This document shows positions 29,740 to 39,995 of a stretch of 64,000 nucleotides of DNA, one piece after another. Below the pieces are notes generated by a model, which had not been told where the DNA came from, did not search any database, and saw only the letters and a list, made by a program, of their open reading frames with translations. Origin of the DNA: a virus (Duplodnaviria; Caudoviricetes); the IMG/VR virus record IMGVR_UViG_2851775564_000002, positions 1 through 64,000 of that record. One strand, 5' to 3'. Every line of letters begins with the position of its first letter. Position 1 is the stretch's first letter. The position numbers and the translations under genes were made by a program.

Positions 29740-29927
29740 GCGGAGAAGCACAAGAAAAGCTATCTCCGCTTGATTTTATAAAGGAAATTTATTTAGAACT
29801 TTTGAAACAAGGCTGGACACTAAATGATGTTGATGAAATGGATATATTTTATTATTTTGATATTTTAATTTACAGAGCTAATAAGGAATACAAACAGAGC
29901 TTAAATGCTGTTTTAAATATATTGTAG
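29455..29927 (+). CDS. Tail assembly chaperone GT via -1 frameshift at CCCAAAC (29727-29733)
   Basis: -1 frame open to TAG 29925-29927 (QVGGEAQEKLSPLDFIKEIY..GWTLNDVDEMD); downstream stem gcggaga/tctccgc. Confidence 0.75.
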
Positions 29928-29940
29928 AGAAGGTGAGAGA

Positions 29941-32385
29941 GTGGCAGAAGAAATTGGAAGTTTAGCTGTAAAAATAGGACTTGATTCTAGTGGATTTCAA
30001 AATGGTGTGAGCAATATAAATAGAGAACTTAGAGTACTAGATAGTGAGTTTAAAGCAAGTAATGCGGCACTTGGAGAAAACGCTAAAGGTTTTGATGGCC
30101 TTAAATTAAAGTCAGAAAGCCTTTCAAAACAGCTTGAACTTCAAAAACAAAAGGTAACTGCTTTAGAAGGTGCTTATAATAAAAGTGCTGAAACTAAAGG
30201 AAAAGACAGCAGAGCTACAGAGGAACTTGAAATAAAATTAAATAGAGCAAAACAAACTCTCTCACAAATGGAGAATGAACTTTCAAAAACAAATAAACAA
30301 ATAGAAACTCAAAGCAGCAAATGGACAACAGTTGGAAACAAATTCAATAGTATTGGTGGAAAAATGCAAACTGTAGGAGAAGGGTTCTCAAGTGTTGGAA
30401 ATAAGCTAAGTTTAGGAGTAACAGCTCCTTTAGTTGCGGCAGGAACAGCAGCTACAAAAATGGCTATGGATGCAGTGGAATCAGAAAACTTATTTGAGGT
30501 TTCCATGGGCAATATGGCTGGAAGTGCTAGAAAATGGAGTGAAGATTTATCTAAAAGCTTAGGACTTAATGCTTATGAAGTACGTAATAATGTGGCAACA
30601 TTTAATGTTATGTTAAATTCTATGGGACTTACAGAGCAAGCCTCCTATGACATGAGTACATCACTTACAAAACTAGCTTATGATATGGCTAGTTTTTATA
30701 ATTTAAAGCCAGAGGAGGCGTTTGAAAAACTACGTGCTGGAATAAGTGGAGAAACAGAACCTTTAAAATCACTTGGTATAAACATTTCTGATACTGCAGT
30801 AAAAACATATGCCCTAAAAGAAGGATTAGCAAAACAAGGTCATGAGATGACAGAGCAAGAAAAGATAACTGCTAGATTTGGTCTTATAATGCAAAGTACA
30901 AGTAAGGCTCAAGGTGATTTAGGCAGAACTATGGACTCACCTACAAATAAAATAAGAACCATGAAACAACAAGCAGAGCAGCTTGGAATACAGTTTGGTC
31001 AAGTTTTAATACCAGTATTGGAAACTCTTATGGCTGCAATAAAGCCTATAATGGATACATTTCTAGGCCTTTCAAAAGGACAGCAAGAGTTAATTGTGAA
31101 AATAGGTTTGATGGTTGCAGCACTTGGACCAGTATTATCTATTATAGGTAAAATAATAACTGTTGGTGGAAGTTTAGCGAGTATATTTGGAAAAGCAAGC
31201 ACAGCAATTGGAGCTGCAGGAGGAGCAATGAAAATTTTAACTGGACCAGTTGGAATAGCAGTAATTGCAATAACAGGACTTGTAGCAGTTGGTGTGCTTT
31301 TATATAAAAACTGGGATACCATAAAAGCTAAAGCTACACAGCTTTGGCAAGGCATAACCACAACTTTTAATAATATAAAAACAACTATAACAAACGTGTG
31401 GGAAAATGTAAAAACATCAACTGTTAATGCTTGGAATAATTTAAAATCAACTATAACAAATGGATTAAACAGTATAAAATCATTTCTACAGCCAGCACTA
31501 GATTTTATTAAAACTATATTTGAAAATGTATGGGATGCAATAAAAAACATTGTTTTAGGGGCTGTACTTATAGTTATAGATGTTGTTACAGGAAATTTTA
31601 CAAAATTAAAATCAGATATAGAAAACATATGGAATAACATAAAAACAGCTTTAACAAATATATGGAATGCTATAAAAAATGTAGCTGTAAATGCGTGGAA
31701 TAGTTTGAAACAAACAGTAATAAATCTTTGTAACAACATAAAACAAGGAATAATAAACATCTGGAATGGCATTTTAAATTGGTTTTCACAACTTCCCTCT
31801 AAATTATATACTCATGGGGCAAATATGTTTTCAAGAATGAGAGAAGGAGTAAGCAGTACAATTGGAAATGTAAAATCAACTATAGTAAATGGTATGAATA
31901 ATGCTATAGATTTTATAAAAAATATACCATCTAAGATGTATAGTTGGGGTAGAGATATGATACAAGGCTTGGTTAATGGTATCAGAAGTATGATTGGATC
32001 TGTTGGAGATGCAGTAAGTGGTGTTGGTAATAAAATAAGAAGTTTGCTACACTTTTCAGTTCCAGATGAGGGACCACTTACAGATTATGAAAGTTGGATG
32101 CCAGACTTTATGAGTGGACTTGCTGAAGGAATAAATAAAAGTAAAAACTTAGTAGTAGATGCAATAAAAAGTCTATCAGTTGATATGAAAATAAATCCAG
32201 AAGTAGCTGAAATGGCAAGTTTTAAGCCTAAAGATTTAGAATATAATAAAGAGCCACAAAACAATAACGGAATAACACTTCATATAGAAAATTTTATAAA
32301 TAACACAGATAAAGATATTGAGCAAATTGCCTATGAACTTGAATTTTATCGTCAAAGAGTTTCTTTAGGAAAGGGTGGTGTATAA
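29941..32385 (+). CDS. Tape measure protein
   Basis: N-terminal coiled coil, hydrophobic middle, periodic Trp repeats, FSVPDEGPL. Confidence 0.9.
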   Translation: MAEEIGSLAVKIGLDSSGFQNGVSNINRELRVLDSEFKASNAALGENAKGFDGLKLKSESLSKQLELQKQKVTALEGAYNKSAETKGKDSRATEELEIKLNRAKQTLSQMENELSKTNKQIETQSSKWTTVGNKFNSIGGKMQTVGEGFSSVGNKLSLGVTAPLVAAGTAATKMAMDAVESENLFEVSMGNMAGSARKWSEDLSKSLGLNAYEVRNNVATFNVMLNSMGLTEQASYDMSTSLTKLAYDMASFYNLKPEEAFEKLRAGISGETEPLKSLGINISDTAVKTYALKEGLAKQGHEMTEQEKITARFGLIMQSTSKAQGDLGRTMDSPTNKIRTMKQQAEQLGIQFGQVLIPVLETLMAAIKPIMDTFLGLSKGQQELIVKIGLMVAALGPVLSIIGKIITVGGSLASIFGKASTAIGAAGGAMKILTGPVGIAVIAITGLVAVGVLLYKNWDTIKAKATQLWQGITTTFNNIKTTITNVWENVKTSTVNAWNNLKSTITNGLNSIKSFLQPALDFIKTIFENVWDAIKNIVLGAVLIVIDVVTGNFTKLKSDIENIWNNIKTALTNIWNAIKNVAVNAWNSLKQTVINLCNNIKQGIINIWNGILNWFSQLPSKLYTHGANMFSRMREGVSSTIGNVKSTIVNGMNNAIDFIKNIPSKMYSWGRDMIQGLVNGIRSMIGSVGDAVSGVGNKIRSLLHFSVPDEGPLTDYESWMPDFMSGLAEGINKSKNLVVDAIKSLSVDMKINPEVAEMASFKPKDLEYNKEPQNNNGITLHIENFINNTDKDIEQIAYELEFYRQRVSLGKGGV

Positions 32386-33089
32386 TGCTAAGCTTCACAT
32401 TTGGTAATAAAAATAGCTACACAGATTTTGGAATATTAATAGCTAAAAGACCTAACATACCACTGCCTAAAAGAAGAGTATCCAATGTTATAATTCCAGG
32501 GAGAAACTCAAGCTTAAAGTTTGATGAAGGAACTTATGAGGATATTACAATAACCCTTGAATGCTCAATCATAGATAAAAAAGATATTATAGAAAAAATA
32601 GATAGGATAAAAGAATGGCTAGTCATAACTGGAGAAAGTGATTTAATATTCAGCTTTGAACTAAATAAAAAATATATAGCACAAGTAGTAAATGCCATTG
32701 ATTTTAAACAAGCACTAAAATACACATCAAGTTTTCCAATAATTTTTAACTGCAAGCCTTTTAAGTATTCAGTAGAAGAAAAAATAATTACAATAACTAA
32801 AAATAATTCTACTATATATAATGAAGGAACTTTTGAAAGTGAACCTGTAATTAAGGTTTATGGCAGTGGAGATATAAAACTAAAGATTAATGATGATGAA
32901 GTTATTGTAAAAAAGGTAGATGGATATGTAACTGTAGATTCAGTATTAAAAGATTGTTATAAAGACGATGTTTTAAAAAATGGTGATATGATTGGGGAGT
33001 TTCCAGTGTTTAAAGTAGGAAAAAATATTATAGGTTTTAGTGAAAACGTTAGTAAGGTGGAAGTTAGGGTTAATGAAGTATGGATATAG
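32385..33089 (+). CDS. Distal tail protein (Dit)
   Basis: IPGRN, FNCKPFKY, NEGTFESEPVI; follows TMP. Confidence 0.8.
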   Translation: MLSFTFGNKNSYTDFGILIAKRPNIPLPKRRVSNVIIPGRNSSLKFDEGTYEDITITLECSIIDKKDIIEKIDRIKEWLVITGESDLIFSFELNKKYIAQVVNAIDFKQALKYTSSFPIIFNCKPFKYSVEEKIITITKNNSTIYNEGTFESEPVIKVYGSGDIKLKINDDEVIVKKVDGYVTVDSVLKDCYKDDVLKNGDMIGEFPVFKVGKNIIGFSENVSKVEVRVNEVWI

Positions 33090-33221
33090 AAATGGTATAT
33101 ATTTGTATGTTATAATGTTTTTTGAAATATTATTTATAAAATAAATATATTACGTAATAAAGATGACTTGAGGAATACTTAATAACCTATAATAAATTTA
33201 GACTATAAATTATAATATATA

Positions 33222-34256
33222 ATGTTATACAAGGGGATGAATGAATTGGATATAGCTAAAATACAATTTTTTAGGAGTATAATATTGGAATTAATGAAAG
33301 CAGCTATTACTTTTATTTTTGGGTATATAAGTTTTAAGTTGTTTCAAAGGTATAAAAACAAGAAAGATAATAATAAATTATATATTAAAATTATAAAATT
33401 AGAAAAGGAACTAAATCAAAACAAAGATAATATAGAAAAAATCTTAAATGAATACATAGAAAAAGAAATATTAGAAGAACAATTTTACATTGATAAGGAA
33501 TATAGTGAAGAGTTATATAAATTATATTGTGATATTACACAATTGGAATTAACTTATTATGTTGAAGAACCAGTTTATGAAATGGGAGAACAAGTAGGTG
33601 TGGAATATGTTTATAGTGATACACCATATCAAATAATAGAGAATATACAATATGGAATAAGTTCTATAGAAAATGATAATGATTGTGATTATGATGAAAT
33701 TAAGAGCTTAGAAGAACAGTTATCCTATTATGAAAATAAAAATATATATGATGAATTTGCAGTACTTGAGAATAGATTATGCAATTTTTTACATCGAGAT
33801 TCTAAATTACATGAACCAATTAAATTTTTGTATTCTAAAGTTAAAAAGTATAATGATTTATCAAAACAAGAAAAATCAAAGTATTTAAATAAATTTTGTA
33901 TATTAATATTTGAAAAAGAAAATCAGTTTACAGTATCTTTAGAGAATTTTAAGATATTTAAAAAATTGACGGATAAATTAGATAATAAAAATAAAAAATC
34001 AAAACTAAAATTGAATTTTAATTTATGGGAAACAATTGATATTGATTTATTAGCTGTTTATAGTGCAGAAACATATTTGATTTTAGAAGAATTATATTTA
34101 AAATTAAATAATTTAGAAATAATTATCAATGACGAGGAAAGTGTGAAAGAAGCATATAATCTTTTAATAAATAAATTAGAACCTATTATTGTAAAGGAAA
34201 GGGATAAGTTAAAGAAAACATTATTAAGAACTAATAGGTTATTTAGCGGGATATAA
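33222..34256 (+). CDS. Hypothetical moron protein with N-terminal TM helix
   Basis: Very AT-rich; IILELMKAAITFIFGYISFKLF then basic residues; own terminator. Confidence 0.65.
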   Translation: MLYKGMNELDIAKIQFFRSIILELMKAAITFIFGYISFKLFQRYKNKKDNNKLYIKIIKLEKELNQNKDNIEKILNEYIEKEILEEQFYIDKEYSEELYKLYCDITQLELTYYVEEPVYEMGEQVGVEYVYSDTPYQIIENIQYGISSIENDNDCDYDEIKSLEEQLSYYENKNIYDEFAVLENRLCNFLHRDSKLHEPIKFLYSKVKKYNDLSKQEKSKYLNKFCILIFEKENQFTVSLENFKIFKKLTDKLDNKNKKSKLKLNFNLWETIDIDLLAVYSAETYLILEELYLKLNNLEIIINDEESVKEAYNLLINKLEPIIVKERDKLKKTLLRTNRLFSGI

Positions 34257-34279
34257 TAATATAGCATTTAAATAATTTT

Positions 34280-34314
34280 AAGTTAAACTATGGAGAACGG
34301 AGTTTAACTTTTTT
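34280..34314 (+). terminator. Terminator after moron
   Basis: aagttaaact..agtttaactt tttt. Confidence 0.6.
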
Positions 34315-34351
34315 CTTTATATAAAAACTAAAAAAGGCAGGAGGTGATAGA

Positions 34352-36205
34352 TTGATATGCATTTATGACAAGAAAACCGCAAAAGGTAACTTTGAAACCA
34401 ATGGCCTTGGAGTTCTAGACCAAGTTATAAGCTGCTTTATTACAGAAGAACTCAATGGAGATTATGAATTAGAACTTGAATATCCAGCCAAGGCACGCAA
34501 AGCAAAGTACCTTGAAGAGTGGAATATAATAAAAGCAGATGGGCAGCTTTTTAGAATCTATAGAGTTTTCAAAGAAAGTAAAGATACCAAGATGTTAAAG
34601 GTTTTTGCAAAGCATATCTTCTATGACCTTCGTTATTATTTTATAGAAGATAGCAGGGCTGTAAATTGTAGCATTAAAACTGCTATGGAAAAAGCACTTC
34701 CAGGAGATTTAAGTCTTACATACAAAGTTGATAGTGATATTATTTTAGCTAACACTATTTATTTTGTGCAAACCAATCCTGTTGAAGCCTTGTTTTCTAT
34801 AATTGTGAGATGGAAATGTGGAGAGATTAAAAGAGATAACTTTGATATAAAAATCTTAAAAAGTATAGGAAAAGACTCAGGAGTTTTAATAGCAGAGGGT
34901 AAAAATATTATAGGAATTAAATTCAACTCAGATACTACAGATGTTGTTACAAAGCTTTATCCATTAGGCTATAATGGTATAAAACTTACTGAAAAATATA
35001 TAAATGTGCCTAATTGGAATAGTGATAAATATCCACCTTTTCCTATAGTTAAAAAGATTGAATTTAAAGATGCTAAAGATGAAGTAACCTTAAGAGCAAT
35101 GGCTAAGGAAAGTATAAAAACTATAGGTCTTAGTAAAGTTAATATTGAAGTGGATTTTATAGAACTTAGCAAAACTAAAGAATATGAAAATTATAAGCAT
35201 CTTCAAAAGGTTAATGTAGGAGATAAGGTTATTGTAAGATACAAAGATTTTGATATAGATATTAAAGTTCCAGTTATAAAAATAAAGAAAGATGTACTTA
35301 GGGGATTAAATGCAAAAGTAGAACTGGGTGAGCCTAAGGATAATATCTTAAATCAAATGGATACATCAGAAATTAAAACTACTGTGGATGAACTTGGAAA
35401 CAAAGTAGCCGAATCTTTTAGTTCAATGCTTTATTATGCAAATCCAGTGGAGCTTACAGTTGGTACAAGTAAGATTCAGCCAGTGTATTTAGGAATATCA
35501 GCAGTATCTTCAACTAATCTTTCTATGAATATATCATTATATTGCATAGCAGATAATGAATGTACAATTACAATTCAAATTCAACTAGATGGAAAAGACA
35601 TTACATTTACACCAAAACAAAAGCTTTTAAAAGGAGATAACATTGTAGGAATACCTATAGGAATACCACAAGTTAAAAGTGGTGCTCACTATTTAGGTAT
35701 TTTTTTATGTGTTGATAATGGAAATTTACAAATACCAAAGTTTAATCTTCAATGTATGATTGATGGTAGAAATCTTCAAGGCGGACTTAGTGCAGAGCCA
35801 CCTCATGCAGAAGTTAAAGAATATCAGCCACTTGTTAATATTAATGGAATGTATTTTGATAAGATATTTGCAGGTGATGAAGTAATTGATTTTGAAGAAC
35901 CCATACCAGTAATTTTTAATGAATATATGATTAAGGAAAGAAAGCTTTTTAAAGATAAATACATGAACACAACTTATGATATATTTATTAAAAAATATGG
36001 AGCTATTTTATATTTTAATCCACAGTTCCAAAATAAATATTTAGGAGATGAAAATATAACTATTATAGATGATAAGGGATTATATATTAAAACTAATTAT
36101 GAATCATTAGCACAAAAGGAAACAATAGATTCTGGAATTATGTATAGCTTAGAATTAGTGGATTTAAATAAAGTTAAAGCAATTGAGAACTTGGAGGTGA
36201 AATAG
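34352..36205 (+). CDS. Tail-associated (Tal/hub, tail spike) protein
   Basis: EELNGDYELELEYP, QLFRIY, GEIKRDNF, VVTKLYPLG. Confidence 0.8.
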   Translation: MICIYDKKTAKGNFETNGLGVLDQVISCFITEELNGDYELELEYPAKARKAKYLEEWNIIKADGQLFRIYRVFKESKDTKMLKVFAKHIFYDLRYYFIEDSRAVNCSIKTAMEKALPGDLSLTYKVDSDIILANTIYFVQTNPVEALFSIIVRWKCGEIKRDNFDIKILKSIGKDSGVLIAEGKNIIGIKFNSDTTDVVTKLYPLGYNGIKLTEKYINVPNWNSDKYPPFPIVKKIEFKDAKDEVTLRAMAKESIKTIGLSKVNIEVDFIELSKTKEYENYKHLQKVNVGDKVIVRYKDFDIDIKVPVIKIKKDVLRGLNAKVELGEPKDNILNQMDTSEIKTTVDELGNKVAESFSSMLYYANPVELTVGTSKIQPVYLGISAVSSTNLSMNISLYCIADNECTITIQIQLDGKDITFTPKQKLLKGDNIVGIPIGIPQVKSGAHYLGIFLCVDNGNLQIPKFNLQCMIDGRNLQGGLSAEPPHAEVKEYQPLVNINGMYFDKIFAGDEVIDFEEPIPVIFNEYMIKERKLFKDKYMNTTYDIFIKKYGAILYFNPQFQNKYLGDENITIIDDKGLYIKTNYESLAQKETIDSGIMYSLELVDLNKVKAIENLEVK

Positions 36206-36207
36206 AG

Positions 36208-37329
36208 TTGTATAGTTCAAAAATTATTGAAGCTAAGGGGCATGAAGGTATGACGCTTTTAGCTTCGAGTATAGATGATGATACAAAGTCAATTCCAGAT
36301 ATAGGTTTTGATTTTTTTTACAATGGGGAAAATTGCAGAAATACATTAAAGATAAGTGGTAACTCATGGCTTGGCTTTACAGGATCTAATGAAGAATTAA
36401 AAGTTAATAGAAGAGATACAAAAGCAGATAAAATTTATTATGCAAAAGAAACGGAAGCAGGGAAATCAATATTTAGAATTAGATGGGAAGGTTTTAATTC
36501 TTGGTCATACAAAGGAAATTATAATATAGCTTGGGAAGTTATTTTATATAATGACAGTGCTTTTGTTTTAGTAGTTGAAAAAACCACAAAAGATGGAACT
36601 GATAGCTTTGAAAATCCTAGTAAAGGAAGAATTGATTTAGATTTTAAAGCAGGAATTTCCTATGCTTTTATTCCTTCAGAAGATGGCGGTAAAGCTTATT
36701 TAGTGCAAGAAGGTTCTTATATTCAAGCTAAGATAAAATATTTAATGTTGGATGGTAATGATATAAAGAGATGGGATGATAACTTAAAGCAATATGTTAA
36801 AGTATTGGAACTACCACTTACTAAAGAAAAGTTTATAAATTATGGAGATGATATTCTTCACAAAGAAAGGGCTGGAATAGTTAATACTAAACTAGTCCTT
36901 AAAATTTGGAGCGATGCAGAAAAGATGGTAGCACCTACAATAGTTCAAACTTTAGTACCTAAACCTACATTAATTGAAATGAAGGAAGATATTTTATTTA
37001 ATGAAGATTATATTATTGCTATAAATAAAGCAGTAGTTGAAGCTGTGAATAAGGGAAATGGACTTATAAAGTTTATTGTAAGCACTGATAGTGGGGGCAA
37101 CTTTAAATCGTGGAATGGCAGCAGTTGGATAAGTGTAGATAAAAACAATTTAGAGGATGTTAAAAATAATGGAATGAGCATAGATACACTTCAAGGAATT
37201 AATCAAAGTCAGTGGAATAATTTAGGACTAGAAAGTAAAAAACTAAGATTTGCTTTTTATATGGAAATATCATCAAGTAGTGATGAGTTGAAATTAAAGC
37301 AAGTAACTCTTAATTATGAAACAAAGTAA
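36208..37329 (+). CDS. Putative baseplate/tail protein
   Basis: Beta-rich; VSTDSGGNFKSWNG; position. Confidence 0.55.
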   Translation: MYSSKIIEAKGHEGMTLLASSIDDDTKSIPDIGFDFFYNGENCRNTLKISGNSWLGFTGSNEELKVNRRDTKADKIYYAKETEAGKSIFRIRWEGFNSWSYKGNYNIAWEVILYNDSAFVLVVEKTTKDGTDSFENPSKGRIDLDFKAGISYAFIPSEDGGKAYLVQEGSYIQAKIKYLMLDGNDIKRWDDNLKQYVKVLELPLTKEKFINYGDDILHKERAGIVNTKLVLKIWSDAEKMVAPTIVQTLVPKPTLIEMKEDILFNEDYIIAINKAVVEAVNKGNGLIKFIVSTDSGGNFKSWNGSSWISVDKNNLEDVKNNGMSIDTLQGINQSQWNNLGLESKKLRFAFYMEISSSSDELKLKQVTLNYETK

Positions 37330-37406
37330 ACATTACACAAACATAAATAATACAAAATATATCTTAATAAAATAAGTTCTAAATGTAGTTGAGAGGAGAT
37401 GAAAAC

Positions 37407-38765
37407 ATGGCTTTTAAAGAAAGTATTTCATATAGTAAGGATTTTTTAACAGGGAGAAGAATAGAAAAAATAAAGCAGAAATTAATAATGCCAGTTCAAG
37501 GAATAGCTACAGTAAAGATTTATGATGACTTAACTGGAAAACAAATTTATGAAGCTAAAAGTGAAAATAGAATTACAGCGGTTTTAGCAAATCCAGCTTT
37601 TTTAGATGGGTATTATTACCCAATGCTTGATAATAGAAAGGAGGGGTTACTTGAAGATATATTTAGAACTTATCCTTTTAGAGTTTTAGCTTTAACCTCA
37701 GGAGATATAGAGGAAGATCCTTATGATTATTTTACATGGGGAAATATTATTGGTTATGCTGATGCATGGTACACATATAGCGGTGATTCAGAACTTATGG
37801 GAACTGTAAACAAAGGGGAATGGTCAAGAGAAGATAAGGATGGAAAAGGAGTAAAACACTTTGTTTTTGATTTTCCAACTCATGCGGCTAATGGAACCTT
37901 TAAAAGTATTTATTGGACAGGAGGTCAGCGTGATGATAGCTCAGCACAAACTCCAAGAATAAATTGTACTTATCAAAAGAGAACTATAAAAAAAGAAACT
38001 CATTCAATACCCTATTATAATTTATGTACTGATGAGAATAATCTTTATGCATTAGAGCCAGATAAAACTAAAATTAATGTGTATGACAAATTTACTGCTG
38101 AGAAGAAAAATGATGTAATACTTAAAGTAGAAGCAAAAGCTATGGCTTACGATGGTGAATGCTTTTGGTTACTTATAAAAGATGGTTCGTTTAAAAAGTT
38201 AGATAAGAGTTTTAATGTAATAGGAAGTTATTCAAAAAGTGCTAAAGTACCAGATAATTTGGTTTATGATGTTTATTATTATGATATTGTTGCTACAGAA
38301 AGCAATGTATATATAACTTATAATGGATGCATTAATAGGGATGGTAATAGCAGAGATTATAGAAGCTGCGTAGCAATGTATGATAAGGATGGTACTTTTG
38401 TTAAAAAAGCAGAAGTATATACTGGGACAGGATCTAGACTTTATATTACGAGAATACCAAACAACAGGTTATATGTAATAATTAATGATTATAGGGGCAT
38501 CCAGTTAAATAGTGATTTAAATATTTATGGAAGTACAGGACTTACATCTGATGGATATTACAGTATAAGTTGGGATAAGAATACTCAAACATTATTTGTG
38601 TTTGATGATTATAATAACGGAAGTATAGATGAGTATTATATTGTACCAGCTTCAGCCCATACGCTTTTACCAGAACCAGTAACAAAAACGCCAGTTAATA
38701 CAATGAAAATTCAATATGATTTTACTTGTGACTATGTAAATCCGTTAGATATGCCTGCTCATTGA
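37407..38765 (+). CDS. Putative tail fibre/receptor-binding protein
   Basis: HFVFDFPTHAANGTF, propeller-like repeats, KTPVNTMKIQYDF. Confidence 0.55.
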   Translation: MAFKESISYSKDFLTGRRIEKIKQKLIMPVQGIATVKIYDDLTGKQIYEAKSENRITAVLANPAFLDGYYYPMLDNRKEGLLEDIFRTYPFRVLALTSGDIEEDPYDYFTWGNIIGYADAWYTYSGDSELMGTVNKGEWSREDKDGKGVKHFVFDFPTHAANGTFKSIYWTGGQRDDSSAQTPRINCTYQKRTIKKETHSIPYYNLCTDENNLYALEPDKTKINVYDKFTAEKKNDVILKVEAKAMAYDGECFWLLIKDGSFKKLDKSFNVIGSYSKSAKVPDNLVYDVYYYDIVATESNVYITYNGCINRDGNSRDYRSCVAMYDKDGTFVKKAEVYTGTGSRLYITRIPNNRLYVIINDYRGIQLNSDLNIYGSTGLTSDGYYSISWDKNTQTLFVFDDYNNGSIDEYYIVPASAHTLLPEPVTKTPVNTMKIQYDFTCDYVNPLDMPAH

Positions 38766-38805
38766 TTTGAGTGGGCTTTAATTATGTAAAAGGGAGGCTT
38801 TAAAA

Positions 38806-39213
38806 GTGAAAAATATTATTGAAACAATACAAATGATATTTGCTACTATTGGTGGCTATATTGGATGGTTTTCAGGAGGGGTTGATGGCTTTATGTATGC
38901 ACTCATAACCTTTGTTATCATTGATTATTTGACAGGACTTATGGTAGCAGTGCTAGAGAAAAAGCTATCAAGTGAGGTAGGTTTTAGGGGCATCTTTAAA
39001 AAGGTCTTAATTTTTGTATTTGTGGGGATAGGAAATATAGTAGATGTTCAATTGATTAAGAACGGTAGTGCAATTCGTACTGCTACTATATTTTTTTATA
39101 TCTCCAATGAAGGAATAAGCATTATGGAAAATTCAGCTAAGATAGGACTTCCAGTACCTAAAAAACTTCAAGATATTTTAGCACAGTTGAACAAGGAGGA
39201 GAAGAATGAGTAG
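38806..39213 (+). CDS. Phage holin
   Basis: IDYLTG, SEVGFRGIFKK, NEGISIMEN..GLPVP; TM segments. Confidence 0.88.
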   Translation: MKNIIETIQMIFATIGGYIGWFSGGVDGFMYALITFVIIDYLTGLMVAVLEKKLSSEVGFRGIFKKVLIFVFVGIGNIVDVQLIKNGSAIRTATIFFYISNEGISIMENSAKIGLPVPKKLQDILAQLNKEEKNE

Positions 39214-39910
39214 ATTATGTTTTGATTATGGACATGGTGGAGAAGATAGAGGTGCTTGTTACAAAGGAAGAAAGGAATCTAATGATGTTTTAAATATAGG
39301 TAAAGCAGTAGCAGAAGAAGTTAGAAGACATGGAATTACAGTTGATGAAACAAGAACTTCAGATGCTACAGTAAGTCTTAATGGTAGAAGCAGCTTTGAA
39401 AGTAGAAATAGCTACGATTACTTTATATCATTTCATAGAAATGCTTTTAAACCAGAACAGGCTAGGGGTGCTGAAACTTACACTTATTTAAGTGCAAGTA
39501 CAAGAGCTAAAGCATTAGCTGAAAAAATACAAGCTGGACTTGTAGGTGTTGGTTTTGTTAACAGAGGAGTAAAGACTGCTAATTATCATGTATTAAGAGA
39601 AACTAGATGCCCAGCAGTTTTAATCGAAATTGGGTTTATTGATAACAGTGTAGATAACAATATTTTTGATTCTAAAAGGAATGAAATAATTAAGGTAATA
39701 ACTAAAGCTATATTGGCTCAACTAGGTATAAACTATAAAGGAAATGAAGTTAACGAATCAACAACTTATAAAAAGCAGCAATCTGCAAGTGGACAAACTC
39801 TTTATAGGGTTATGGCAGGATCATATGCTCTGAGGGATAATGCAGAAAAGCAAGTTAAGAAGCTAAAGTCAGCAGGATTTGATGCTTGTATTATGATTTT
39901 TAACAAGTAG
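39206..39910 (+). CDS. Endolysin: Amidase_3 + SPOR-like domain
   Basis: DYGHGG, SFHRN, LIEIGFIDN; LYRVMAGSY..NAE. Confidence 0.88.
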   Translation: MSRLCFDYGHGGEDRGACYKGRKESNDVLNIGKAVAEEVRRHGITVDETRTSDATVSLNGRSSFESRNSYDYFISFHRNAFKPEQARGAETYTYLSASTRAKALAEKIQAGLVGVGFVNRGVKTANYHVLRETRCPAVLIEIGFIDNSVDNNIFDSKRNEIIKVITKAILAQLGINYKGNEVNESTTYKKQQSASGQTLYRVMAGSYALRDNAEKQVKKLKSAGFDACIMIFNK

Positions 39911-39995
39911 TTTTTTATAAATCCATAAACCTTGACTTCTATCACATTTAGAGTGATATATAGTAGTACAAATTTGATAGAAAGGAGGATTTACA

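Noticed and set aside
30999-31772. 257-aa minus-strand ORF
   Set aside because: Antisense shadow of the repetitive tape measure gene; no RBS
34352-38765. Diversity-generating retroelement or invertible tail-fibre locus
   Set aside because: No reverse transcriptase, no TR/VR pair and no inverted fibre cassettes seen
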